A stretch of DNA of 64,000 bases from an uncultured Gemmatimonadales bacterium (GCA_963695555.1 CAVOGR010000001.1:448001-512000), one strand, 5' to 3'; counted from the first letter of the stretch, positions 50,761 through 62,717 are shown. The notes: generated from the letters alone by a model not told the origin. Program-made: numbers and translations.

Positions 50761-52440
50761 ATGAGCACTTCTGCTGGAGCCGTTCAGGGACTCGATCGGG
50801 AGACCCTCGACATGACGCTCGAGGCCATCCGGGATTTCGCCGATCAGAACCTGCCGCAGGAGCTGCTCCTGGAACTGGATGCCACCCACGAGTTTCCGGA
50901 GGCGCTGATCCGGGCCATGTGCGGCGAGTTGGGCATCCAACTCCTGTTTATTCCCGATGCCTACGGCGGGATGGGAGGCGGCTCGTTCGATGTCTACCGC
51001 GTCTGTGAGCTCATGGGATCCATCGACCTCGGCGTCGCCACCGGGGTGCTGGCCACGTTCCTCGGCAGCGACCCGATTCTCTGGGGCGGCACCGACGAGC
51101 AGAAGGCCCGCTGGATGACCCGTATCGCCGAAGAAGGCCTGCTCATGGCCTACGGCGCGACCGAGCCCGAGGCCGGAAGCGATCTGGGCGCGCTGCGCAC
51201 CACTGCGGCGCGCATCGAGGACGCCGGGACAGTGACCGGCTACCGGTTGAACGGCGCCAAGATGTGGATCAGCAACGGCGGCTTCGCGGATCTGTATAGC
51301 GTGTTGGCCCTGGCGCCCGGCGGACCGACCTGGTTCGTCATGGAAAAGGGCGCTGAGGGGTTCACCTACGGCAAGCCCGAAGACAAGCATGGCATCCGCT
51401 CGAGCAATACGGCGGCGCTCTTCTTCGACAACGTCGGTATTCCGGCCGAGAACCTCATCGGCACGGAGGAGGGCCAGGGGTTGGTGCAGGCGCAGTTGGT
51501 GTTCGGATATACCAGGCTGATGGTCGCCGCGTTCGGGCTTGGGGCAGGATGGGCCGCACTCGACCGTGCGTTGGAATACTCCACTACCCGAATCCAGGCG
51601 GGCGGCCCGCTCTCCGGGAAACAGGGCTACACCCACAAGCTGATCGTGCCGCATGCATGCCGGCTCGAGGCCGGCCGGGCTTTCATCGAAGAGACCGCCA
51701 TGCGGCTGGACGGTGGCGAAGGCAGTCTCAATACCGAGGGTGCCATCGCCAAGTACATCGCAACGGAGGCTGGAAACGATGCCGCGGAGGCGGCGATCCA
51801 GGCCCTCGGTGGGTACGGGTACACGCGCGAGTACATCGTGGAGAAGATCAAGCGGGACGTCCGCATCACCACCATCTACGAAGGCACGTCCGAGATCATG
51901 GAGATGACCATCGCGCGCGATCGGTGGCAAACCCACTTGAAGACGCGCGGGCAGCACTATCATGACGACGCGACCCGGCTGCGGGAGCTGGCCGCGTGCA
52001 GCCCGGGCGTGGGCGCTGATGTGGCTGCGCTCGCGGCGGATGGCCTTGGTCACCTCCTGGAGCGCGCCCGGGTCGGACGGCTCACCCGGAATCAACACGT
52101 GCTGTTCCGGCTGGGTGCGCTGATTGCTCGGGTGGAAGCGGCGGGAGCGCTGGCGCGGCGAGCGGCGGCCGCGGCGAACGGAGCGCTGCCGCCGAAGGCG
52201 GACCAGCGACTGGACCCGGAGTCGCTGGCATTGGCCAGTCGTATTTATGCGCGCGAAGCGGCTTCCGCGGTTGTCTCCGAAGGACTACGCTGGGTGCTTG
52301 GTGCGGACGGGGTGCCGTCGGCGGAGCTCGCGGCATTCGAGGCTTTGCTGGGTACTGGAGCGATCCATTCAGCACAGGCCGGGTTGGTGGACGACATGGA
52401 CCGTCTGGCGCAACGGCTGTATCGGCGGTATGAGGCTTGA
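50761..52440 (+). CDS. Acyl-CoA dehydrogenase family protein with C-terminal extension
   Basis: ATEPEAGSD, LNGAKMWISNG, KHGIRSSNT, QALGGYGY and IYEGTSEI motifs. Confidence 0.92.
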   Translation: MSTSAGAVQGLDRETLDMTLEAIRDFADQNLPQELLLELDATHEFPEALIRAMCGELGIQLLFIPDAYGGMGGGSFDVYRVCELMGSIDLGVATGVLATFLGSDPILWGGTDEQKARWMTRIAEEGLLMAYGATEPEAGSDLGALRTTAARIEDAGTVTGYRLNGAKMWISNGGFADLYSVLALAPGGPTWFVMEKGAEGFTYGKPEDKHGIRSSNTAALFFDNVGIPAENLIGTEEGQGLVQAQLVFGYTRLMVAAFGLGAGWAALDRALEYSTTRIQAGGPLSGKQGYTHKLIVPHACRLEAGRAFIEETAMRLDGGEGSLNTEGAIAKYIATEAGNDAAEAAIQALGGYGYTREYIVEKIKRDVRITTIYEGTSEIMEMTIARDRWQTHLKTRGQHYHDDATRLRELAACSPGVGADVAALAADGLGHLLERARVGRLTRNQHVLFRLGALIARVEAAGALARRAAAAANGALPPKADQRLDPESLALASRIYAREAASAVVSEGLRWVLGADGVPSAELAAFEALLGTGAIHSAQAGLVDDMDRLAQRLYRRYEA

Positions 52441-52496
52441 GTCGACAGCGTGGTTGTCACGCGCGAATCCTCGATGTTGGAAGGCTATGAGAAAGT

Positions 52497-55400
52497 ATGA
52501 AATCGACGGCTGACAGGGCAATCGCTATTGTCGGGGTGGGAGCGGTCCTGCCGGACGCACCGAACGCCGCGTCGTTCTGGACCAACCTTTGTGAAGGTCG
52601 CTACAGCGTGTCCGAGGTCCCAATCGAGCGCTGGGATGTCGCGAGATACTTCGATCCCGATCCCAAGGCCGTGGACAAGACCTATTCGAAGATCGGCGGA
52701 TGGGTACGGGAGTTCGAGTGGAATCCCCTCGGGTGGCGCTTGCCTATTCCACCGAAGGTGAGTGAGGTGATGGACCTCGCCCAAAAGTGGGCGATCGTCT
52801 CGGCCCGGGAGGCCTTGGCGGATTACGGCTATCCCGACCGCGCCCTCGATAAAGAGCGCACCGCAGTGATCATGGGCAACGCACTCGGCGGGGATTATCA
52901 CCTGATGACGGCCATGCGGGTGCTCTTTCCGGAAATCGCCGCGGAACTGACCGGGTCCAAGAGTTTCCAAGCATTGCCCGGGGCAGTGCAACGTGCCGTC
53001 GTCGACGAACTGCGTTCCGGCGTTCAGGCCCGGATCCCAGACATCACGGAAGACACCATGCCCGGCGAGCTGGCGAATATTGTCGCCGGCCGCTTGGCCG
53101 CCCTGTTCGATTTCAAGGGCCCGAACTACATCACCGACGCCGCCTGCGCCTCAGCGATGGCCGCCGTCAACGCGGCGGTCGAAGGGCTGAACGGGCACGA
53201 CTTTGACGCCGTGCTCACCGGCGGCATCGATGCCAACATGAGCCCGTCGACCTTCGTCAAGTTCTGCAAGATCGGAGCACTCTCGGCCACCGGGACCCGC
53301 CCCTATGCGGAGGGAGCCGACGGCTTCGTCATGGGCGAGGGTGCTGCGTGCTTCCTGCTCAAGCGACTCGACGACGCTGAACGTGCGGGCGACCCGATCT
53401 ATGCCGTGATCCGCGGGCTCGGCGGCTCGAGCGACGGACGGGGCAAGGGCATCACAGCCCCCAATCCCGTCGGCCAGCGGTTGGCCGTGGTCCGGGGCTG
53501 GGAGCGACGCGGGCCTGCTTCCCGAGGCAGGCGACTTGGTCGAAGGGCACGGGACCTCGACCAAGGTCGGAGACGTGGTCGAGGTGGAGAGCCTGACGGA
53601 AGTGCTTTCAACGTCACGGTTTGCCAGCGCAATCCGTCGCCTTGGGATCCGTGAAATCCAACATCGGTCACTTGAAGGCGGCTGCGGGGGCCGCGGGCCT
53701 CCTCAAGGCAACGCTCGCACTGCACCACAAGCTCATGCCGCCCAACATCAACTTCCACGCGCCGAATCCCGCAATCGACTTCGTCCGCTCACCGTTCCGC
53801 GTCACCACCGAGCTTCAACCGTGGGAAAAGCCTGGGGTCAACGGAGAGTCAGTACGCCGCGCCGGCGTGAGCGCCTTCGGATTCGGGGGGACCAACTTCC
53901 ATGTCGTGCTGGAGGAGTACGTGCCGGGCCGGCTCGCGCGAGAGCGGACATTGGTGGCTTCGGCCGGACTCACCGCCGGGTCGTCGGAGACAGGTGCGGC
54001 ACTCAAGTCTCCGCTTCGCGGAGCGATGGTCGTGGGTGGTTCCTCCGAAGCCGAGATTGCCAGCCGGCTCCGGCTCATCAAAGCCGAGGCGGATCGAGGA
54101 ATCGCACCGCCGCCCGAGGCGCCGCTCGCACGGGACCTCGCGGCACCCGTCCGACTCGCCATCGACTACGGCGATGCGGCTGACTTGAGCGATCTGGCGG
54201 GCAAGGCGCTGCAGGCGTTCGAGGAGGGACAGGAGGGCAGGTGGCGGGCGCTTCGCAACAAGGGGGTGTACCTCGGACGCGGTACGCCCGGGAAGGTTGC
54301 CTTCCTCTTTACCGGCCAGGGCTCGCAGTACGTGAACATGCTGGCGGAGCTCCGGGCCACGGAACCCATCGTTGCCGAGACGTTTGTCGAGGCCGATCGG
54401 ACGATGGAACCGTTGATTGGACGTCCGCTCACAGATTGCATCTTCGTCGACCCAACCAATGAGGACCTCGCGGCCCAGGCGGCCGAAGGTCTCCGTCAAA
54501 CGGCCATCACTCAGCCGGCCGTGCTCACCGTCGATACGGCGCTCGCTCGTCTGCTCGACGCGTACGGCATCGTGCCCGACATGGTGATGGGCCACAGCCT
54601 CGGCGAGTACGGCGCATTGGTGGCGGCTCAGGCACTCCCGTTTGCCGGTGCCCTGACCGCCGTTGCGGCGCGCGGCAAGGCGATGACCGAACTGTCCCTT
54701 GGAGACAACGGTCTCATGGCTGCCGTGTTCGGACCGGTTGACCGCGTCGAAGCGCTGTTGCGGGACACGCCGGGTTACGTCGTGGTCGCCAACCTGAATA
54801 GCAGGAAGGAATGCGTGATCGGCGGGGCCACCAAGGCGGTCGAGGCCGCGATGACCGCACTTCAGGCGGAAGGACTGCGTGTCGCACAGCTTCCGGTGAG
54901 TCACGCGTTTCATACCAAGATCGTAGAGCCGGCAGCGGCACCGCTCACCGACGTGTTGACGGGGCTCGGCGTTCGGCCTGCCGCAATCCCAACCATCTCG
55001 AATGTGACCGGTGAATTCTATCCCATGGGTCAGGGCGTAGAGCCGCAGATGATCGAACTCCTGGGCCGCCAGATCGGGTCGCCGGTGCAATTCGTGAAGG
55101 GCCTCAACACGCTCTATGAGTCAGGCGCCCGAGTGTTCGTGGAGTTGGGTCCGAAGCGCGTCCTGTACGGCCTGGCCGACGATGTGCTGGGTGAGCGCGC
55201 CGGTTTCGCCGCGTTCTACACCAATCATCCTCGAACCGGAGACGTTGCCTCGCTCAACCGCGCGCTGTGCGGACTCTATGCGGAAGGCCTCGGACGTGGC
55301 GCAGAAGAGCCTGTGCCCGAGATTCATGCCGTGTCACCGCGTCCGGCTTCAGCTCACGCGCGTGCAGGCATACCCGCGGCGCCCGCCGTTCCTCAGCTGC

Positions 55401-58400
55401 CGCGTGTCGGAGATGCCGAGTCTCCAGATCGGCTCCTGACCTTGGGCCGCATGTTTGCCGACTTTCTCGAGCAGAGTTTCGAGGTCTACTCCGGCGGTGC
55501 CGCGCGACAGGTCCGAGTTGGGATCACCGGGGCATCACTCGGTCTCCCTGGCACCGAGCGGGTCTTCGAAGAAACCAACCTCGAGCGCATTCTCGGCGGG
55601 GAGGTGTTGATCGGGAACATTCCCGACAGATTCCGCCGTACCATGGCCGACATGCACGTCACACGCTTGGTGAAGGGAGCGGGTGGCGAGGCCAACTTCG
55701 TGTCGGTCAACGACCCCAGCGGCGTCATCAAGCTCGCCGGCATCGGCGGGAAGCTCGACCTGGCGGGCGAGTACGGCTTTCCCGAAGACCGGGTGCAGGC
55801 GCTCGATCGGATTACCCGCCTGGCCATCGCGGCGGGGATCGAAGCCCTGCGCGATGCCGGCATTCCTCTCGTCCGGCGATACAAGACCGCCACTACCGGA
55901 TCGATGCTCCCAGTTGGCTGGAGTCTCCCCGAGGAAATGCGGGATGACACCGCAGTCATCTTCGGGTCGGCGTTCCCTGGAATCGATGCCCTTGCCACGG
56001 CCATGGATGCCTATCATGAAGATCGCTCACGTCGTGGACGGCGTGACGAGCTCCAGGCGTTGCGGACGGGCCTCCTGGCACGTGACGATGCTGCCGCCAT
56101 CGCCGAACTGGATCGACGCATCGAAGCGTTGACCAGTGAGATCGAGGCCAATCCTTTCGAGTTCGACCGCCGGTTCTTGTTCCAGGTGCTCACGATGGGA
56201 CACTCGCAGTTCGCCGAATACATCGGCGCCCGCGGCCCCAACGTCCAAACCAACTCGGCCTGCGCCACCAGCACGCAAGCGGTGGCACTGGCCCAGGACT
56301 GGATCCAGGCGGGACGCTGCCGCCGCGCCATCGTGCTGACCGCGGACGACATCACCACCGACGCGCTGCTGCCTTGGATGGCGAGCGGCTTCCTGGCCTC
56401 GGGCGCTGCTGCTACCGACGAGCGGGTGGAAGATGCGGCCCTGCCGTTCGACCGCCGCCGGCACGGCATGATCATAGGCATGGGAGCCGCCGCCATGGTG
56501 GTGGAAGACCTGGCGGCTGCGGCGGAGCGCGGGATCCAGCCGGTTTGCGAGGTATTGGGGACCATCACCGCCAACAGCGCCTTCCACGGGAGCCGCCTCG
56601 ACGTCGATCACATCGTCGGCGTGATGGAAGAGCTGGTCGCCGGTGTCGAACGCCGCTGGGGCCTGTCCCGGCATCAGATCGCAGCGCAGACCGTGTTCGT
56701 CTCCCACGAGACCTACACGCCGGCCCGCGGCGGGAGTGCGAGCGCAGAAGTGGAAGCGCTCAGGCACGTGTTCGGCGGTGTGGCCGATTCGATCGTGATC
56801 GCCAACACCAAGGGATTCACCGGCCACGCGATGGGAGTGGGAATCGAAGACACCCTGGCGGTCAGGATGCTGGAGACCGGCATCGTCCCGCCCGTTGCCA
56901 ACTTCCGCGAGATCGACCCGGCACTTGGGGCACTCAATCTCAGCCGTGGCGGCAGCTACCCCGTCATGTACGCGCTCAGGCTGGGTGCCGGATTTGGATC
57001 GCAGATCAGCATGATGCTCCTGAAATGGACGCCGCCGCCGGATGGGGCGAGGCGCTCCCCAGGTGACATGGGCTACCAGCACCGCATCGCGGCCCCCCCA
57101 GCATGGCAAGAGTGGCTGACCCGGGTGACCGGATACGATGCGCCAAACTTGGAAGTCGTCCGGCGGACCTTGCGGGTCAAAGATCAGGGACCACCGAAGC
57201 GAGAGCCAGCGCGCAAGCCGCTCAGGCGTGCGCCGGACCTGCCGCTCGTCGGTGCGCCGGTTCGTGAGGCCGGCCCACCACCGGTCCGTCCTCTGTCCCA
57301 TGTTCCCGCTCCCGAATTGGTGACCCGGTCGGCGGCTGTGGTCCACCCGCCTGCAGCCGCTCCAGCCGTGGCCGTCCCGCCTGTGCGCGCGGAAGCGTCC
57401 AAGGTGCCCGGCGCGGATGGAGTGGCCGAACGAATTCTCGCGATCGTCGCCGAACAAACCGGCTATCCAAAGGACATGTTGGCGCTCGATCTCGATCTGG
57501 AAGCCGATCTCGGCATTGATACCGTGAAACAGGCCGAGATGTTCGCCGCCATCCGGGATGCGTATAACATCGAACGAGATGAGAACCTGGCCTTACGAGA
57601 CTATCCGACCCTCGCGCGGGCAATCGAGTTCGTGTATGAGAAACGTCCCGACCTGAAGCAGGTCGGGGCAGCTGCTCCCATTGCCACGACCGTACCATCT
57701 CCGTCGGCCGCCCCCGCGCCGCCACTCGTCGCAATCCCGTCGGATGGCATCCGGGAGCGGGTCCTCGCGATCGTGGCCGAGCAGACCGGGTATCCGCCCG
57801 ACATGCTCGACCTCGACCTCGACCTCGAGGCCGATCTGGGCATCGACACGGTGAAGCAGGCGGAGATGTTTGCCGCCATTCGGGAGGTCTACGGCATCGA
57901 GCGCGACGAAACGCTCGCGTTGCGCGACTATCCAACCCTCGCGCGGGCCATCGAGTTCGTGTACGAGAAACGTCCCGACCTGAAGCAGAGTGGCGTTGCC
58001 ACTGCCGCTTCTCCAGCAGCTCCAATTGTTCAGCCAACTTCCACGGCTCGACCCGCTGCCGCCGAAGCTGACAGCGTGCGGGAGCGGGTCCTTGCCATTG
58101 TGGCCGAGCAGACCGGGTATCCGCCGGACATGCTCGACTTGGACCTCGACCTCGAGGCCGATCTCGGCATCGACACGGTAAAGCAGGCGGAAATGTTCGC
58201 CGCCATCCGGGAGGTCTACAGCATCGAGCGTGACGAGACGCTCGCGCTGCGCGACTATCCAACCCTGGCGCACGCGATCGAGTTCGTGTTCGAGAAGCGT
58301 CCCGACCTCCGGGGAACCAGGCCCGATGCAAAGGCGGAGCTGCAGGCCGCGCCGCCGGTGGAGCAAGACGTCGCATTACCTGACTCCGACCGTGTGGTGC

Positions 58401-61201
58401 GCGACAGCGTGCTATCGATCGTGGCCCAACAGACGGGGTATCCGCCCGATATGCTCGACCTCGATCTCGATCTCGAGGCCGATCTCGGTATCGACACGGT
58501 GAAGCAGGCGGAAATGTTTGCCGCCATCCGGGAGGTGTACAGCATCGAGCGGGACGAAACGCTGGCGCTCCGCGATTATCCAACCCTAGCGCACGCGATC
58601 GAGTTCGTGTTCGAGAAGCGGCCGGACCTGCGAAGCGGGACCCCGCCCGATGCAAGACCGGTCGTTTCTTCGGACTCAGCGATCGTACCGCCAAGCGCAA
58701 CCACGGTGCATACTGGCCCGGTATACGCAGGCTCGGAAGCGGCGGCGCAGGCGGTGCCGCGCCGCGTGCCGGTTGCACTGCTGCGGCCGCCGGCCTCGCG
58801 ATTCACTCGAACCGGCGTTCAGCTCGGAGCAGGCGACCGAGTACTCGTGGCCTTGGACGTGGGCGGCGTGGGGAAGGCTCTGGTCCGGCAGCTGACCAAG
58901 CGCGGGGTGACGGCTCTGGTCCTGGATGATTGTACCGATCCGGAGGATCTGCAGCGCCGAATCGGCGAGTGGACCGCCGACGGTCCTATCAATGGGGTGT
59001 ATTGGCTGCCGGCGCTCGACCCGGTGAGTGATGCCGACCTGCTCGATCCCGAGGCGAGGTTGGTTGCCATCAACTGCCGGATCAAGTCGCTGTTCCGACT
59101 CATGCGGGCGCTATATGATCAGCCACTGTTCCTCATCACAGCCACGCGGCTCGGCGGGAAGCACGGCTACGATGAAGCCGGCGCCACCGACACGATTGGT
59201 GGTGCGGTTGTCGGCTTTACCAAGGCGTTTGCTAGAGAAAGGCCCGAGTGCCTGGTGAAGGCCGTTGATTTTGCTCCGTCGCGGAAGACGACAGCCGTGG
59301 CCGACCAGCTGATTGACGAGACTCTGTACGACAAGGGTATCGTCGAAATCGGCTACGGGGATGGCCATCGGTGGACGGTGGGTCTCGAGTCCCGGGCCAT
59401 TGAGTTTGGTGACCAACTGAGCGGTGCCGATCGAGTATTCGTTGTCACAGGCGCGGCTGGAAGCATCGTGTCCGCCATCGTGGCCGACTTAGCGGCGGCC
59501 TCGAAGGGAATCTTCTGGCTACTCGACCTTACTCCGGAACCAAATCCCGACGATGCCGACCTCCAGCGGCTCGAGTCGGATCGTGACGGGCTCAAGCGGG
59601 ATCTGTTCGACCGCCTGAAGCGATCGGCAGAGCGCGTGACCCCCGCCATGGTGGAGCAGGAGATCACGCGGATCGAACGATCCCGGGCGGCGCTCGCCTC
59701 GATTCGTGCGGTCGAAGCGCTTGGAGGACACGCTCGGTATCGCGCGGTGGACCTGAGGGATGTCGATCGGGTGGCACAGGTGATGTCCGAAGTCGTCCAG
59801 GAGAGTGGACGGGTCGACGTGCTGCTGCATGCGGCGGGGCTCGAGGTCAGCCGCCCCCTTCCCAAGAAGGAGCCTCGTGAGTTCGACCTCGTCTTCGACG
59901 TCAAGATCGACGGGTGGTTCAACCTGCTTCGAGGCTTGGGCGATGCCCCGCTGGGTGCCGCGGTGGTATTCAGCTCGATCGCCGGCCGCTTCGGCAACGC
60001 CGGGCAGACCGACTATAGCGCGGCCAACGACATGCTCTGCAAGGCCATGTCGGCACTACGCCGCACCAGACCGGATACCCGCGGAATTGCCATTGATTGG
60101 ACGGCATGGGCGGACATCGGGATGGCCACGCGCGGGTCCATACCCGCCATCATGAAGCAGGCGGGGATCGACATGCTGGCGCCCGAGGCTGGAATCCCCG
60201 TGGTCCGTCGGGAATTGACCGCCGGCACCCGGGGAGAGGTGGTGATCGCGGACGGCCTCGGCATCATGCTGGACGAGACCCAGGCCAGAGACGTAATGCT
60301 GGGCGGAGCCGAGTCGTCGGCGGCTGGGCTCATGGTCGGAACGGTCGAATCGTTTGGTCCCTACGGCGGGCTCGTCGTTCAGACCCGGCTCGACCCCGAG
60401 GCCCAGCCGTTTCTCCGGGACCACCAGATCGACGGCACGGCCGTGCTGCCGGGTGTGATGGGGCTCGAAGCGATGTCCGAGGCCGCGCTCGTCGGATTTC
60501 CCGACCGGTTCGTCGGCGCCCTCGAGCGCGTCGAGTTTCTGCAGCCGTTCAAGTTCTATCGCGGCGAGGCGCGCACCGTCACGGTCAAGGTTCAGTACGC
60601 CCTCGACGGTAAGGATATCCTGGCCAACTGCCGGCTCGAGGGGTCGCGGCAGCTGCACGGCCGGACGGAGCCCGAGGTCACGACCCACTTCACCGGCACC
60701 GTCCGGCTTACAGCGAAGCCGCCCGACGAGGCACGCTTACGCAGCGTGCCGCCGGTGTCGGACGCCGTGGTAGGAAGCGATGCGATCTACCATGTCTACT
60801 TCCACGGCCCCTCCTATCGCGTGGTGGGCAACGCCTGGCGGGCCAAGGACGTCCTGGCCGGTCAGCTCGCGCGCGGCCTGCCCGCCGGGCAGGAGCCGGC
60901 TGGCGGGTCTACCATTGTCGCGCCGCGGCTCGTGGAGCTCGCATTTCAGACTGCTGGTCTTGCCGAGATCGCGCAGTCGGAGCGCATGGGCCTGCCGAGC
61001 CGGATCGAACGCCTCGAGTTCCGGCGTGCGGCCAACGGCGAACCGGACGGTTCAACCGCGCTGGTCGAGGAAGCCGGCGATGGAGCATTCGACGTCGACG
61101 TGACCGACAAGACCGGTCGTGTCTTGCTGTCGTTGCGCGGATACCGGACCAACCCGCTGGGCCGGGTTGAGAACGCCCCGTTCCAGGCGCTCAAGGCCTG
61201 A
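52497..61201 (+). CDS. PfaA-like iterative type I PKS/FAS: KS-AT-KS-ACPx4-KR-DH (~2900 aa after removing two +1 insertions near 53508 and 53605)
   Basis: KS1 DAACAS / EGHGTST / NIGHLK; AT GHSLG and HAFH; KS2 NSACAT / SHETYT / TGHAMG; 4x [42 protein letters not shown]. Confidence 0.92.
57424..58633 (+). repeat. Four near-identical ~235-bp ACP-domain repeats
   Basis: Repeat periods of 327, 327 and 321 bp, with variable Ala/Pro-rich linkers. Confidence 0.92.
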
Positions 61202-61920
61202 TGGAAGCGACGATTCGTACAACGGCCGGGCCCGGCACGGTGGTCACGCTGGTGACTGGACGAGCCGGGAAGGTTCCCGCCGGCGACCGGTGGCTTTCCC
61301 CTCTCGAGCGGTCGGTCGAGGCGAGACTCCGCTGGCCCAAGCGCCGGTCGGACTGGCGGCTTGGCCGGTGGGTCGCGAAACGGGCGGTCATCGCCTGCTT
61401 GCAGGACGAGCAAATCGAGCCGCCCGACATCGAAATTCTCGCGCAGGAAACCGGCGCACCCGGTGCCCGCGTTCTCTCGGGCCCGGTCACGGTTCCGGTG
61501 AGCGTCTCCATAAGCCATAGCGATGGAGTTGGCCTGGCCGCCGCCGCCGTTGGCGACGTCGCGCTCGGATGTGATGTGGAGCGGATTGAACCACGCACCG
61601 AACGGTTTGTCGCGGATTACTTCACCGCTGCGGAGCGGGAGCGGGTCGCTCGGACCGTGGCGGTCGATCGTCCGACGGTCGTCACGCTCATCTGGAGTGC
61701 CAAGGAAGCCGCGCTCAAGGTGCTGGGGGAAGGCATGCGTCTCGATGCCAGGGCCGTCAGCGTCGAAGTACCCATTGGGCCGCACGCGGCCTGGGACCAG
61801 CGTTCCGCGTTCCGCGTCCGGCTGCCGGATGCTCGGTGGATTCCGGGGTGGTGTTGGGTCGGCGACGGGTTCGTCTGGACGATCCTGGGTGACCGCCCGG
61901 CGACCATCGCGCTCGCCTGA
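61201..61920 (+). CDS. Sfp-type 4'-phosphopantetheinyl transferase
   Basis: SISHS, LGCDVE and WSAKEAALK motifs; TGATG coupling to the synthase stop. Confidence 0.92.
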   Translation: MEATIRTTAGPGTVVTLVTGRAGKVPAGDRWLSPLERSVEARLRWPKRRSDWRLGRWVAKRAVIACLQDEQIEPPDIEILAQETGAPGARVLSGPVTVPVSVSISHSDGVGLAAAAVGDVALGCDVERIEPRTERFVADYFTAAERERVARTVAVDRPTVVTLIWSAKEAALKVLGEGMRLDARAVSVEVPIGPHAAWDQRSAFRVRLPDARWIPGWCWVGDGFVWTILGDRPATIALA

Positions 61921-62101
61921 TTCTCCAGAACACAACCAGTTCCCCACCAATTCGGCCACACGCCCGGCTTGCTTGGGACCGGGAAGGTTTCCTCCATTGC
62001 GACTCGTGGTCGGGGAAGGGCTCCCTGCCGGTCACGAGGGCGACCAACCGTGCACATCGCTAAGCTCTTGCCCGCCAACACACTCACAATTCTTGGCGGG
62101 G

Positions 62102-62117
62102 TGGTACGGAGAATGCT
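62102..62117 (+). promoter_or_regulatory. Putative sigma54 promoter
   Basis: TGGTACGGAGAATGCT, ~80 nt upstream of ATG 62196. Confidence 0.5.
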
Positions 62118-62195
62118 TCTACCTGTAGATGTGCCCGAGGCGTAGGTGGGCCTCGGCTGGTCGTTCAACATCTAGGACGAAGGAGCTGGACTATT

Positions 62196-62615
62196 ATGAG
62201 CAGGATGACTTCGGGTATTGCCGTTTCACTGTTGGCCCCACTGGCACTCATGGTCGGCAGCACCACCCTCGTGGCCCAGGAGGCCATGGCCGAGCATTGC
62301 AGCGCTTCCTTCTCTCAGGAGACGATCCCGGTTCAGGTCGAGCCGGTGATGTTGAAGGTCACCATGTCGCAAGGGATCGGGGACCTCACGGGTGGAATGG
62401 CGAGCGAGGAGAGCGGCATCGTGGTGAAGGAGGTCAAGACCGCGGACGAGGGCATGATCCTGTCGCTAGACACCAGCAAGGCCGTGGCCGGCGAGTGGAA
62501 GCTCGGCTTCACGGGCTCAGAAGGCGCGTGCGATGGCAAGGTCAAGGTCAAAGCCGCCGCGGAACAGACCAAGGATGTTGAGAAGGCAAAGGAAGTCGAA
62601 AAAGCAAAGGAGTAG
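62196..62615 (+). CDS. Small secreted protein
   Basis: AAGGAG RBS, signal peptide, two Cys and a charged tail (VEKAKE x2). Confidence 0.75.
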   Translation: MSRMTSGIAVSLLAPLALMVGSTTLVAQEAMAEHCSASFSQETIPVQVEPVMLKVTMSQGIGDLTGGMASEESGIVVKEVKTADEGMILSLDTSKAVAGEWKLGFTGSEGACDGKVKVKAAAEQTKDVEKAKEVEKAKE

Positions 62616-62678
62616 CACCCGAGTCGGGCGAGGGTTGAGCATAGAGTACGTCCAGGCGTAGGTGAGACTCGTGGTGCG

Positions 62679-62713
62679 GCGGCTGGGTCCTTGTGGCCCA
62701 GCCGCTTTTTTTT
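62679..62713 (+). terminator. Rho-independent terminator
   Basis: GCGGCTGGGTC-cttgt-GGCCCAGCCGC followed by T8. Confidence 0.88.
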
Positions 62714-62717
62714 GCGG

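Noticed and set aside
57424..58633. Long direct repeats as a CRISPR array or mobile-element repeats
   Set aside because: They are in-frame ACP domain repeats with synonymous variation, not repeat-spacer units.
25922..61920. BCR cluster supplying cyclohexyl starter units to the megasynthase
   Set aside because: The loci are ~16 kb apart with unrelated genes between them, and the oah-like ring-opening hydrolase points to catabolism.
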